Positions 1 through 12,400 of a DNA stretch of 64,000 bases are shown here, piece by piece (position 1 is the first letter of the stretch; each line of letters opens with the position of its first letter). The position numbers and the translations under genes were made by a program. The notes under the pieces were generated by a model that was not told the DNA's origin, did not search any database, and saw only the letters and a list, made by a program, of their open reading frames with translations. The DNA lies in the NCBI GenBank assembly GCA_965644295.1, contig CBFFRP010000352.1, positions 248,001 through 312,000 on the forward strand, in the 5' to 3' direction. The stretch comes from Paraphysomonas bandaiensis (lineage: Eukaryota; Protista; Chrysophyceae).

Positions 1-134
1 AGGATATACTAAACACTAAACACTAACATCATAATCTATCGTACCGTCTGAAGATATTACTTAAGTTGTACCATTGTACAGTTTGCACAAATCAATAAGA
101 TTATCATTAATTTTCTCCTGATTAATACTTTTCT

Positions 135-190
135 CTAGTAATGAATGTCTTATTATTAGCAAAAGGCGTGTAAGGGTCGGAACTAATGTA
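135..190 (-). repeat. Copy of dispersed repeat (core TTACACGCC.TTGCTAATAATAAGACATTCA.TACTAG)
   Basis: Close match to 47442-47480 (+) and 49393-49448 (-). Confidence 0.7.
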
Positions 191-429
191 AATACTTTTC
201 TCTAGAACAGCCCAAACAGGTAACGTAGCTAGTATGCTACACACCTTTGTGAATCTAAAAGAAGAATAATTAAAATAACGAGAAATTATGTATAAATCGT
301 ATTTGCTTAACAAGTCGATCACTGCACTTTAACCTACGCACACCTAGAATTACACACACCGAATAAATATCAGTGCAAATACAACTATCGAACACCGTCA
401 TTTCTATATCATATTGTAAAGTCTAGAAA

Positions 430-3400
430 TTATAGCGTATGCTTCCAACAAAACACGCATGAATCTCCTCCGCCACTAATCACCACACTATCACTTGCTA
501 AAAATGTTGCATCCGTTACACTTGCTGCATGACCACTATATTCTTTAGCGATTGCCGAGGAAGTACATGGGTACTTGAAAAGCTTCAAGTTCCGTGGAAC
601 AACGCCCCCAGAACCCCCAAGGGCAACCAAAAGGGAATTCGTATCGTTCGATCGATGCACCGAACTGATATGGCAAAGCTCAGCTGCGTTAGGGTTTGCG
701 GCCTCGCGATTACCATGAGCGTTGTCAGATCCCCCGGTGGGTCCATTAAGAATTCCCTGTATTTATTAGTTCAGAGATCGCTCGAGAGTAATGATTGAAA
801 ACTCCAATACGAGGAATTCTTTAATACACATCGGCGCACTCACCTTGACAGGATTTCCTAGCGGATTGGACCATGTACACCAAGTAACACCTTTCACACG
901 TGACCCGCTCAATTGCTTCCCCACTGGGATCTCCCAATAAAGAGTCTCTCTCAGTCCATCAGTCGACTGTAGGATTGTGCCGTCATCAGAAAAATCTAAG
1001 CGAACAATGCCCCCGCTATGACCCCGACAAGAAGCAATACGTTTGTACCCATTCTACATAACTATGGTTAAATTCTTGCTATCATAGCGATATAGCTTTC
1101 ATACATTACAATGTGTACTGATATCAAATACTTCATATACTTACTGGTGGTGTCAACAAATGGATCGTCTTGTCTCGTACTGCAACTGCAAGAATCTCGC
1201 CACCAGGAGAGTATCTCATATCAGTAACCTCACACATGGAATTGTTCTTCTTAGAACCATCCTTTCCTTTCATTTTCGTCCCTACAAATTTGCGTCCAAG
1301 TAGTTCCCATCTTGCCTTTTTCTTGCTGGGGGACGGCTCAGCGCTCATTTCAGAACAGTTTTGCAGATATGTGCAAGTCAGTATTAATACTTCTCCAACT
1401 TCTGTCCCTACTGCAATGGCCCCACCATCTGGAGTGAAAGTAATCGCTGTGGCACAGCTCGCTACACGAGTCAATGCCATTTGAGAGTTTGTCTGGGAAC
1501 TCCAAATACGAATCGTTTTATCCGTTGCAATTGTGGCAAATATGTCTAAAAAAGGATGAGGGTATACCCGCTTAACTCTTCCCACATTTCCATTGACAAT
1601 AGCGTCCAGCCGAATGTCTACTTCGGAAGCTTCATCATGAGAACGCATATTTGCACAATGTAAACCTTTTCCTGTAGCCATGCAAAGAGTATTAGACGTT
1701 GTACCAATGATAACGGATTCCCCATCAAATCCCCACGATGTAGATCGGGGTAAACCGGTCGATACTGAGTGGCTTGAAACATTCACACTTCCAATATGCT
1801 CCATGGGAGATAAATCCCCACTTGGATTGCTACTATCCAAGCTCCATATATTCATCATTCCATCCTTGCCGCATGTGACCACTCGGTGTAGATTACCTGC
1901 CCCTGAACGCTCATCATCAGCTTCAGTGGTGAAGTAATCCAAATCGTATAACGGTCCGTCATGAACTTCTGTGACAACACACAAAAGCTTCCCTCGAGGA
2001 GACCAGTAGAGAGTACCATCCCCTCTAGCAGTGTCAGGACTAGACTCAAGGTGCTGCCATATATACACCGAACCATTTGACCCACCAGTTAGTATCCGCG
2101 ATCGCGGAAGGCATCCAGCTTCAGACTGTTCTGGAATAGCGCAGAAGCACATCATATCTGGTGGACTGTTTCCATTCTTCTTTGGAAACAATCCCACGTT
2201 TCCCTCCAGCACATACTTCCATGTCCACTGTTGCTTACTCTTCGGAATGGCAATTTTTCGACCCTTAAACTGACTGCCATTCGCAGCAATAGCACTAACG
2301 TCTGTGCGCTCCCTCACATGACGAAGTACCCAAAATTTGACGTATCTAGTACCGCATGAAACCAGGGTATAACAACACTCATTTCCGTGATCTTTATTTT
2401 TCTTTCTGGTGGGTGATGGGCCATCGTCTTGGGTACTCGGCGATACAAACAAAAATGGATTAAATCCCATTTGAAAAACGTCAACATGACCTAACTTCAC
2501 GCTCGCGAGGATTTCACTCTTATCCCATCGGATCACAAAAATACTTTTATTTTCATCCAAACCAAGTGCAACTAACAATACACCATCACCAGAGAAGTTA
2601 ACACCAATGATGCCTTTCAACTTATTCTCTAAATTCATTTCCATAATAAAATTATTGGATGGATCAGGCAGTGGTTCATAGCGAGGAGAATTGCGCACGT
2701 CTCTATCTTGGGCATTATTTGGGGCTGGGTTCACAATGGCACCTGCATCCCACACGAGCACACGGCCAGATTTTCCCATTTGTCCGCTTGCCATGATTGT
2801 TCTGTCCGGGTGAACCGTAAGGCAGGACACTTCGTCCGTATGAGCAGAATAAAACATCTGCTGTTTCGTGTTGATGTTCATTAATACCACTAGCGTAGCG
2901 GCTGGATACGTAATAACATCTTCAGTTAGCCATATAATATTCTTGCCACCTCCTCGAGTGCCGCCATGTCGAGTAAAATCTCCGTCATATCCATGTACAT
3001 GCTCCAGTCTCAAAGTACCTCTGGCTTCATCTTTTCGGACCACAGACACCTGACTTCCCACTTCGTCGGCTTCATCTACAACATGATCGACTGGCGCAGA
3101 GAAGTCCTCGTAGATATCATTCTCCACAGCCAAATTTACAGAAGCTTTTTGTGGCTTAACAATCGCAGGAAACATTGCCTCGTTGTTATTTCTATCTTTT
3201 GACCCTATTGGTGATGAATTCGGATCTTTGCGACCACTACGCATTCCCGAGTATTTGTTCGAGGATGGTATCGCTAAATCTAATGGTTTCAAAGGAGTGA
3301 ACATCTCATCTGTCGGTGCCTGAAGAGATTTCTTGTTGTGGGGTGGCAAGGAAGCGAAGTTTGGGTCACTCTCTGGGTCACCTACGACGAAATCCTGTTT

Positions 3401-4808
3401 AGGTGACTCATAGATTCGTCCTTCATCTGATGGCCGAAGCAGTGAGGGGTTTTTCGTCTTACTTTCTGCACTTCGACTAATCGTAGGTAGTTTTGTTGAC
3501 GATGTGGCGACCACTGCGTCTCGTTTCTTCTGCTTTTGAGTACGCGAAGAGTTATTGCCATTATCGATTTGGCTACCAAGCATATGCTTTACTCGTTCTA
3601 GAATCACTTCTTCTCTCTTCAGCAATTCCTGTGATATTACATAGAAGAATTACTACATCACATATTAAATCACGGAAATGTACGCTGACCTGCGCCACAC
3701 GCTCTTCTATCAGTCTATTAATTTCGTCAATGGATAGTTGCCCTAAAGATTGTTGCGACTCATTCGACTTCCGCTTCTTGTTTGATTTCTGGGGTGACTT
3801 CTGCTGATGGACTACTTTTTCTTTTTGCTGGGCGTCCAAGGCATCCCTGCACAGGAGAAACACTCAGTCACTTTACAATACTACAGACATGTTAGTCTTC
3901 ATTCTGGAAAGTTTTGAATTAACGTAAGCATGAAACACAATAAATCACTTAAACGCGAAACAAGATCTACAATAACTTGTACAGGTAATGTATCGCGTAA
4001 ATGACCTGAGGGCGTTCATTTTACTGTCGGCCTCCAGTCGTAGCTGCTGCAAATCCGACAGATCTTCCGTGGCACTTCGAAGTACACTCTTTAAAGCTGA
4101 CTTTTTAGATTCTTTATATATTTTTTCATCTGAGGCATCAGATGGCTGATTATTCGCGACTGGAAAATCCCATGTTGTTTCGTCTGAGTAATAACATATG
4201 CTTAAATTGGCGGATCAATTTGCGCAGCTTTCGATATGATCGAACCACAAATCAGACTAAAAATCAGAGTGGTGTACAAACTAAACACGTATTACTCTTA
4301 TATTCGCAATGTACCTGTTTCAGCGTTGTGATAGTAAGCGTCTCCAGTTTCATCATCAATAAACTTCTCCCATCCCATAGGTAATCGAGGTTCAAGACTT
4401 GATGTGACCTTTCCAGAAATATCTTGTGGAATAACTTGCGCTGGAGTAGATTCTTCTATAACAGGAGGATCCCATTGAGTAATTCCTATGTGTTTTATGA
4501 GCTCCGCAAGTTGAAAACATAGAAAGTTAACCTGAACTTTCCTCGTAATAGTAAGGCGTGTCAGTTTCTGGGTCTTGTAGCACTACCCATCCGTTTGGTA
4601 GTGATCCTTCTGCCACTGAATTCGAGACATCCTCATTAGACACGATTTTCAAGTAGTTGGCGGGTAACATTCCCTCAGATCCTGATGAATGACGGCACTT
4701 CCACCAATCATCTTCAGATCGATTAATAATTTCAACAAATTCTCCCTTTTCTACAGTGAGCTCATCATCTTCTGTCGGCGAATAAGAATATAACACTTCT
4801 GCAGACAT
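430..4808 (-). CDS. Multi-exon SH3-WW-WW-coiled-coil + EML-like (HELP/WD40 beta-propeller) protein
   Basis: ATG at 4808. SH3 (VLYSYSPTEDDELTVEKGE..DWWKC..GMLPANYL) and two WW domains (LPNGW..YYYEESSGITQWDPP; LPMGWEKF..YYHNAETDETTWDFP). GT-AG introns (4184-4314, 3847-4005, 3629-3689) join these in frame to ORF 1133-3625, which has the HELP-like motif LRLEHVHGYDG and WD40 repeats. Last exons give EML C-terminal motifs (RGHSGGIVRLDFS, LFKYPC, YSGHAASVT..ISGGGDSCVFCW), stop at 430. Confidence 0.8.
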
Positions 4809-5235
4809 GAGGAAACCGAAACAATTATCTTTCCTCCAAGAAACCACTCTGAGTATAAGAGACAGAGGTCCTATTCACTCATAGAGTATCTATGAGATAT
4901 GCGGGAGATGTGGGGGTATGGAGTGATAAGAGTGTCGAGGAGATTCGTCTCGTTTAGTTACTATACACGCCCCTCTTGTTTGTGTCTTCTTAATTATGAT
5001 GTTGAGTTACTGCAGTGTACAGTTCAGTTATACTGCTGGTGTATGTGTGTACACAGCAGTGTGCATGTGATGTACTCCTGTACGCTCTATGTAGGTATAT
5101 TATACACATACACAGACAGTGTGGCAGGCATCTATTGCGGTATACGTGTAGCCCCATATATTATACCACTACACCGTATATAGACGATATGGATATGATG
5201 GTATAACAAAAAACTGCAACTGCCAAAACAACTAT

Positions 5236-5251
5236 AAAAAAAACAAAAAAA
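5236..5251 (-). terminator. Pol III oligo-T terminator of the tRNA-Asp gene
   Basis: T7 and T8 runs on the minus strand starting about 10 nt after the tRNA 3' end. Confidence 0.7.
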
Positions 5252-5260
5252 GATTTGAAA

Positions 5261-5354
5261 TTCCTTGTCGGGGAATCGAACCCCGGTCTCCCGCGATCTG
5301 AGAGATCACAGGACGCTTGACAGGCGGGTATACTGACCACTATACTAACAAGGA
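5261..5354 (-). tRNA. tRNA-Asp(GTC) with a 22-nt intron at 37/38 (5296-5317)
   Basis: Minus strand reads TCCTTGTTAGTATAGTGGTCAGTATACCCGCCTGTCA[AGCGTCCTGTGATCTCTCAGAT]CGCGGGAGACCGGGGTTCGATTCCCCGACAAGGAA. Acceptor stem TCCTTGT/ACAAGGA, anticodon stem CCCGC/GCGGG and T-loop GTTCGATTC are all intact; 72 nt after intron removal. Confidence 0.93.
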
Positions 5355-6449
5355 TTTGTTGGTATCCTTATAACAAAATGTACTAAATATATATGCATTT
5401 CTTTCTGTCGTTATCGTTTACAGCATGCATCGTCTGCCTTGATAATGTTGGATCTCCTCCGTAGAGTTGCCTTTGGCGGAGCTTCATTGAGGAGAATCAT
5501 ATTTATTAATATTGGCAGTATCGTGTAACGTCCATTGCCCAGCCAACAGTCACTGTTGTATGGAGTAACCAACAATCGCTATGAAGGGACTCTAATACAC
5601 ACACTGTGTCCGACGACTGTCTTCTCTGTAACAACCACTTCACGTATCCTTTCAGCCTACACTTCATATAGCACTTCACGGTGTCCCTTCAGGGTGCATA
5701 GCAACTGGGCCTCTCATACTCAGCAGTATGTTATATTTCAGCGGATGTATGTATACCGTATACCTGGGACTACTCTCCTATATACCAGCACATGTCATGA
5801 GCATATGAACATGAATCTGATTATCTGTCCGCTTCTTAGTTATGTAGCTGTACGGCTTAGTGTGTGTCACAATAGAGTGATACTTATGATTTATGTTCTG
5901 TTTGTATCATTCGTTCAGTCCCTTTATGACAGTTGTGCATCGAAAGGAAAACAAGAAGGACTAACTGGGGGGCTATTTTACATTAGATCAAAAAGCAGAA
6001 TCATTGGCAGTCAATTTTAAGACAGCTGTGATGGTACTGAATATATGTATATTTCAGATTGCTCGAAAGTGTGTTGTACGCAATTCAAGCATCTCAACTA
6101 CGTGTAAAATTTCAGTGTCCTAATAGCACTAGTATTGGAAGGGTTCACATTACATCTATTACATATTATATCTGTGAGAGAAATCAAATCATTGTGTTGC
6201 TGTGTGTGCGAGAATTGTCGTGTTAATAGTGAAAACAGCATTGTCAACATATATCCAAGAATGTGAATTTTCAAGTAAGTGTATCTTTAATTACGTTAAC
6301 AATTTATTCTTTTAAAACACCAGAGTCATTTCATCACATAGAATGCTACATAATAGTATAAACTAGTACGTAGATGTTCAACAGAAAAGATCTAATGAAT
6401 ACTTTACCATAATTTCAGTCTAGCCATTCCATTGTCATACTATAAATCT

Positions 6450-9400
6450 CTACAAATAAGAATCCTTATCATCGAAATCAAAACTGTTTCCGCTGTTCTT
6501 GGTTTCGAAGCTCTTCTTTTTCAGTTTCTTCTGAGTTTGGACACCACCAGAAGGTAGTGAACTAAAAGAACTCATACGTTGCATCTGTTCACGCTTCTTT
6601 AGTTCGGCAATTTGCTTCATCAATTTCTCATTTTCGTCGTGCAAAGAAGCCATTTCCATAGCTTTCTTAACTTCAGTCTCGTTATTTCGCTCTGAATTCA
6701 TTGGGTTCTCATCATTCTGTATATGTCTTAACTCCAGCTGAGCCGTTTCCTCATCCGATGATTTCGTTATACGAAACTGTTTGCTCATGAACATTTCAAA
6801 CATTCCAGTAGTATCATAACCAATCGTCGTGAGCACTTCCGAAAGGAATACAACTCCAAAATAAACAAGTGATGAGCCTATAACGAAAATAACCAAGAAG
6901 GTCAGCAATAAAAGATGATAACGCAGAGTATTCCCCGTGGAATAAGTGTCGCTTTCAAACATTATACCAGCAATACAAACAAATATAGCGCACCCTAGCA
7001 AATACAATTCCACATTATTGAAATCCCAGAAAAAGTTTTTGATGTCTTGTCCAGTTAACTCAGACGTCCTGATACCACCGCGTTGACCTTGTAGGCGTTT
7101 CTGCAACACTTCGTCTTTCTTCTCAACAGTATTCATAATTCGTTGCATTCTTATATGAGAAACCATGGTTGTATCCATTTTTTCGCCAGCATCTTGGGCG
7201 ATAAGAGCCTCAACTACCTTCGCCCGATGTCTCTGCAGTTCACTCTCTCGCTCCACAGTGCTCATAAACGGTCGGTGCTGCACTTGCAAAATGTAACAAA
7301 CAAACATCACCAGCAGAATGAACGACATTTGGAAAGTAGGATTACTACGGAAGAGTAAGGCTGCAATGGAGAAGTTATTACAAAATACTCAAGAACGCAA
7401 GAACTATACCAGCAACAGCGATCCAAAATTTGCGTATAAGCACAAGAATCATCCAGTAGACCTTTCCCGGTTTGAAATGATAGTAAAGCTTGTGAAATTT
7501 CTTTCGAATATCGTACGCCCTAGGATTGGTATTCCGCGTATCTCCAGTGCCCGCAGCACGAAGAAGTTGGTCTTCCTTGATTAGGTCTTTGTTGTGAATG
7601 ATGATGTATGTGACATACAGTGGGTATCCAATAGAGTACACCAGTAAGCTCAGAACTGCAAACGGAAGTAGTTGCATCTGTGGATCAGACAACTTTTCCC
7701 AGCATCGACAAACACCCCCTGGGCAGTTAATGGACGTCCATTCCGTGTACAGATGACCATCTTGTGGGTCGGCGGGAACACAATTAACAATTTCTAGGGC
7801 CTTGCGCAACAGTGGGAGATATAAGTAATACAGCATTATAACAAACATAGCCATCAGTTGGTTTCCATGCTTGGTCAGCGCTTTCCACCCACGTTTATTC
7901 CTCCACAAGAACTTGTGAACGAGTTTGACAATGAACATGGAGAAAAGCACAGCTCCACCCATAAGAGGTAAAAACATAGTGGCATACCATTTCGATTCAT
8001 AAGTGATGTCAGGAAATGCACATTCAGGAGCAGTGATATTGATGTCAAAAGAAAAAAATAGTGATATCGTGAACATTTTTATGATAGTTGGAGGCCAAAC
8101 GATATCAGAAGCTGCAAATATAGCAAGAACCTATAGAACCATACACTCAGTGAAAGTAGAGAATATTTAAAGCAAATACCTGAAAGTAATCAAACCCAAT
8201 CGCAACAAATGCCAAATTGAATTTGTACTTATTTAGGTAATAACTGGCGATAACAAATACTAATAGGGCTGTGACAAATAAAACAATAAGTACCATAACG
8301 TTTTGAGGACACTTTACGCATTTGCCTCCAATTCTATAGTATTCCTTTACTTTACAGAGTGAGCACTTAGGAGCTGCAGTGCATGTACATTGCCCAGGCT
8401 CTGAGCTTCCTGCAATAATTCGGCAATATGAACATTTCTCGGGCTCATCCCATGAGCATATATCTACCCCCTTGTTGCAGTCGTAATCAGTGAAACACGA
8501 ATTATTGTTATACTTTTTCAGGCTGTACTTGCTCCGCACATCAATGCACTCTTGCAAAACATAAGAGTACGGCTCCTCACATGTATTTGCGCCAGTACAT
8601 GCCTCTGGGGGGAAGCAACCTTCGAATACAGGGCACTTACTGCGAGTACTTAAAGGGGGCTGCCGTTGTTTGCTGCATAATTCTTCAGCGTCTTTCGTGC
8701 CTACGTCGTAGTAAGAGAGCCAGTACTGCTCTGCAGCAATCGGATCAACTTCATATTCATTGGGGACACAGAGAGCACCTTCTGGACATTCCAAACAGTT
8801 TTCTTTATAGTATCTAAGGCCATAGTATATAGTTTGTTTATTTGAAGAATCATAGGACGCTTGACACGCACTAATAAACAGAGAATTCTCCACCACATTC
8901 CTGACATACACATCTACCGTTTGATCAGCAACGTGAATTGTCATATTTTTGGCCCCTACAATATCAGCTGGCATCGTGCACGTCAAATAAGGAAACCCAT
9001 CTCCAACAGAATAAGAGCCTGGATTCCATTTGGCATCAGCACATTCCTTCATAACATGCTGCCCATCACTTCCCAAACCAGTGAAATTAATACTGACCCA
9101 TGAAGGAGACCCACCTAAATTCTCACCAAATATAGTCAAAGCACTGCTACCAGATGCGTTAATGTAGTCGAAGCCGTATCTATGCGTTCCAGGATTCGAA
9201 GACGTAATATCAGGAGGAAAAAAAGAGTACAAAAGGGGAACACTATGGTTATCTCTCCGATTGTCTACATATAGCCTCACCGTTAAATTTACTCCATACG
9301 ACGTTGGTCCCCAAAATACTATTTCGTTGTGTGATTGATAACAAATGCTCTTTTGAGTTGTTGAATCTTTAGCACAGTCAAAACAATTCCAAGTAGAAAT

Positions 9401-12400
9401 TATTTTCCCAGCGCTATCAGTCTCGCATACCAGATCCTCATCAAAAACAATCTTCATTCCAGTTGTACCAAATGAGTACCCACTTAAAGTTACATATTGT
9501 TTGTCAAGACACTGGCGACTTGCCGTCGGATTCTTATCCAGCCTAGCAATGTAACTTTGCAAACTTTCCCATTGGTTGCAAGCATCAGTATCACCGATAC
9601 CGGGAGTTATACTCGTAGCTATTGGAGGATCGTAATAAAAGTATACAATGTTAGAGACTTGTCCTTCGACTGTAATCGATATCGGAACATCAATACCCTG
9701 GCCAGCAGGAACATCCAATTCACAAGTGGTGTGGGTAGTATCCAAATCATAGTTATTCACGGTTGTATCTCCGAAAGTAACATACCTATTGGCAACAGGT
9801 GATCCAAAATCCGAACCACTTAAAATAATACTAATTCTGTCGCCTGTTGCCGTCATACCGCTTGTAGGGGCATGTGTTACACTAATAGATGTAATAGTTG
9901 GCGCGTAGTAGTCAATCCCAACTACAGTGTCATTTTGGCCACCCGCACTTATCACAAGATTCTTATTAGTTCCACCAGTAGCTTCCGAAGTGGTAATGAC
10001 AATAGAAGTGTGATTCCATGCAACAATCTCTTGAGGCACAGATTGAAGTTGCACAAAACCAGTGTATAACTCATTGTCGATTCCCTTTAGATAGACTGAT
10101 TGAGTCGAGTCGGAAAGGGCTCGATGAATACTCTCCTCATGACTCGCGTGTGCTATACCAGCCGAAGTTTTCAAAAATACATGACGATCCCCCGAGAAGG
10201 CATTCTTTACAAAAAATTGAGGTTGTAACACAGCAACTGATGTACTTTGCAACATTGCCGATCCAAAGTTCGTACCATCAATTTGAATATCTTCATTTCC
10301 AGAGGTATGAAGCCGAAGCCGGGATAAAGACGAAACATGGGGTGGAAAGTAGTTTAACAGAAGTAGCTTGCCATTGCTGGATACCGTCACAGGCTCATGG
10401 TTCGCAACCTGAATAGAAAGCTGCAAATTTTTACCTACCCCCTCTCCAACAGTTACAGTTAAGTTTGAGTGTGAATGCGATACAGGCTCACTCAGTAATA
10501 CATCGGACACTTTAATTTCTACTCCTCCAGGAAGTCCAAAATTATTTCCGTAAAAGATGACAGACTCAATGCCAGTGGTCATAGAGTATACAGGGAAATC
10601 GATCATACTTGTAAGTGAGCGGTGATACATCAACGGGCTCATATCAGAATTAGAGCTAATGCTATATCCTGCAACTGCTGGGGGATCATAAGATATACAT
10701 CCGCTGCAGTTTTCTCCCATTATATAATCAGACATAAGTTTAGAGCCATCTCCACCTTTACGAACGATAACCACGATGTTTTTCCCTTGACCTTCAGGAA
10801 CATTGCATGATACTGTGCTCTCCTCTTCCGCATTTGTGGGAGTAACAATCATTAAGTCCAAACACTTTACATTTTCCATATAGCTTTCTAAGTAGAGCAA
10901 GATATCTAAACTTTCCGGTCTAGCCCCAACAGTAGTCAGTGAGCCAAAATACATTCCAGTAACAGTAAGAGAGAATCCTCCCGTAGTAGGAAATCGATTA
11001 CCTGCAGGAAAAGGCGACGTCACCAGTACAGGAGTATACAATACAGGGTTCTTTTCTTTGAACAAAAACTTGACACTACGCTGATAAGCTCTTGAGTTTA
11101 TATCAAATGTGACCACAATAACGGTTCCATTGGTTCCCGCTGTGAGACAATTGATCATATCATGGGACCACTTGTTTCCAATATTGGTGTTGATACCGCA
11201 TTGTTTCACACCTACCGCCTCGAAAATGTCACTGGCACTATATACATCATCATACAACTGTGGTAGAGTGGAGTCGATAAAGGCGTCAGTCACATTGTAA
11301 GGAAATATCCAAACACTGTTTAAGAACTCATAATTGAAGTACGTCGTGTGGGTACTCCCACCAAAAGAGCCACCATTCCGATTTGATACGGTAGTCGACA
11401 AAACACCATAGAGTGTCAAATTAGAAAATCCTGGCACGGTACTATCAGTAAATATAAGGCGATCCAACTGAGGTGCCGAATACGTAAAGTTAAATGCAAG
11501 TGAAAACTGCTGACAAGTATCGTCACACCACGAAGAGAAGTGCCCAACCTTTATTTCTCTGTTTAATCCTTGTCCACTTGGAACGACGAACTCCATTTCC
11601 TCATGACTTAAATAAGTGAGAGGATAACTGGCGTATACGACTCCCCAAAACGACAGTACGGCTCCAGAACTTGGCCCAAAATTTGTTCCAATAATTTTAA
11701 GTGTATAGCCACCCCTAGTTGTACCATTGATAGGGGTGACGGTGCTGATGAAAGGAGACTTGTAGCTAAGTGAATTCACACCTCCACGTAACGTAGTCCT
11801 TTGACCAGCAACAGTGATCGAAACGAAGTGGCTTTGACCAAAACCGACAGGAACAAGACATCTGAAAGCTTTATGAGGTATCAAGAACTGACAGTTATAT
11901 TTCTTGGACTGTGGGTCGTGTAATGAATATTCTCCACCCGTTGGACCAAATGCAATTCTTTCAACAAAATATAACTCCGGACCAAAGTTTTCTCCACTTA
12001 TATCAATATACTGCCCGCCTCTAGTATCAAGTCCTTCTAAAATATCAAAGCCTACGCCGCTGATCTCATTTATTAAAGGAGGTGCATAAGATGTACTGGG
12101 TACAGTGTTTGTCTGGTTATCTACTCGTACTTGCCATTTTAATTCTGCACCAACACCAGCTGAAGTGGAACACACAATCACTACATGAGCCTCTGTTACA
12201 GTACAGTTCTTATAGTTCCAATCATAAGACTCCTCCGAGTCGCCTACATACCGAACGGCGGCCTCGATTGGACCATTGTAAGCACCCTTTGTAGACAACG
12301 GACCAAAGTTTCTTCCTATTATTTCAATATACTGGTTGCCTTCCGTTGAAAATGAATATACATCATCCGGAAGTGTGCTCAATTTAGAATCATTGTACAC

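Noticed and set aside
5535-6020. 161-aa ORF next to the tRNA
   Set aside because: Starts at TTG, has no recognisable motifs, and its composition looks non-coding.
6450-8330. C-terminal membrane region as a 7-TM adhesion GPCR (Flamingo/CELSR-like)
   Set aside because: No GPS/GAIN motif is evident and I count nine hydrophobic segments, which fits Nonagonal cadherins better.
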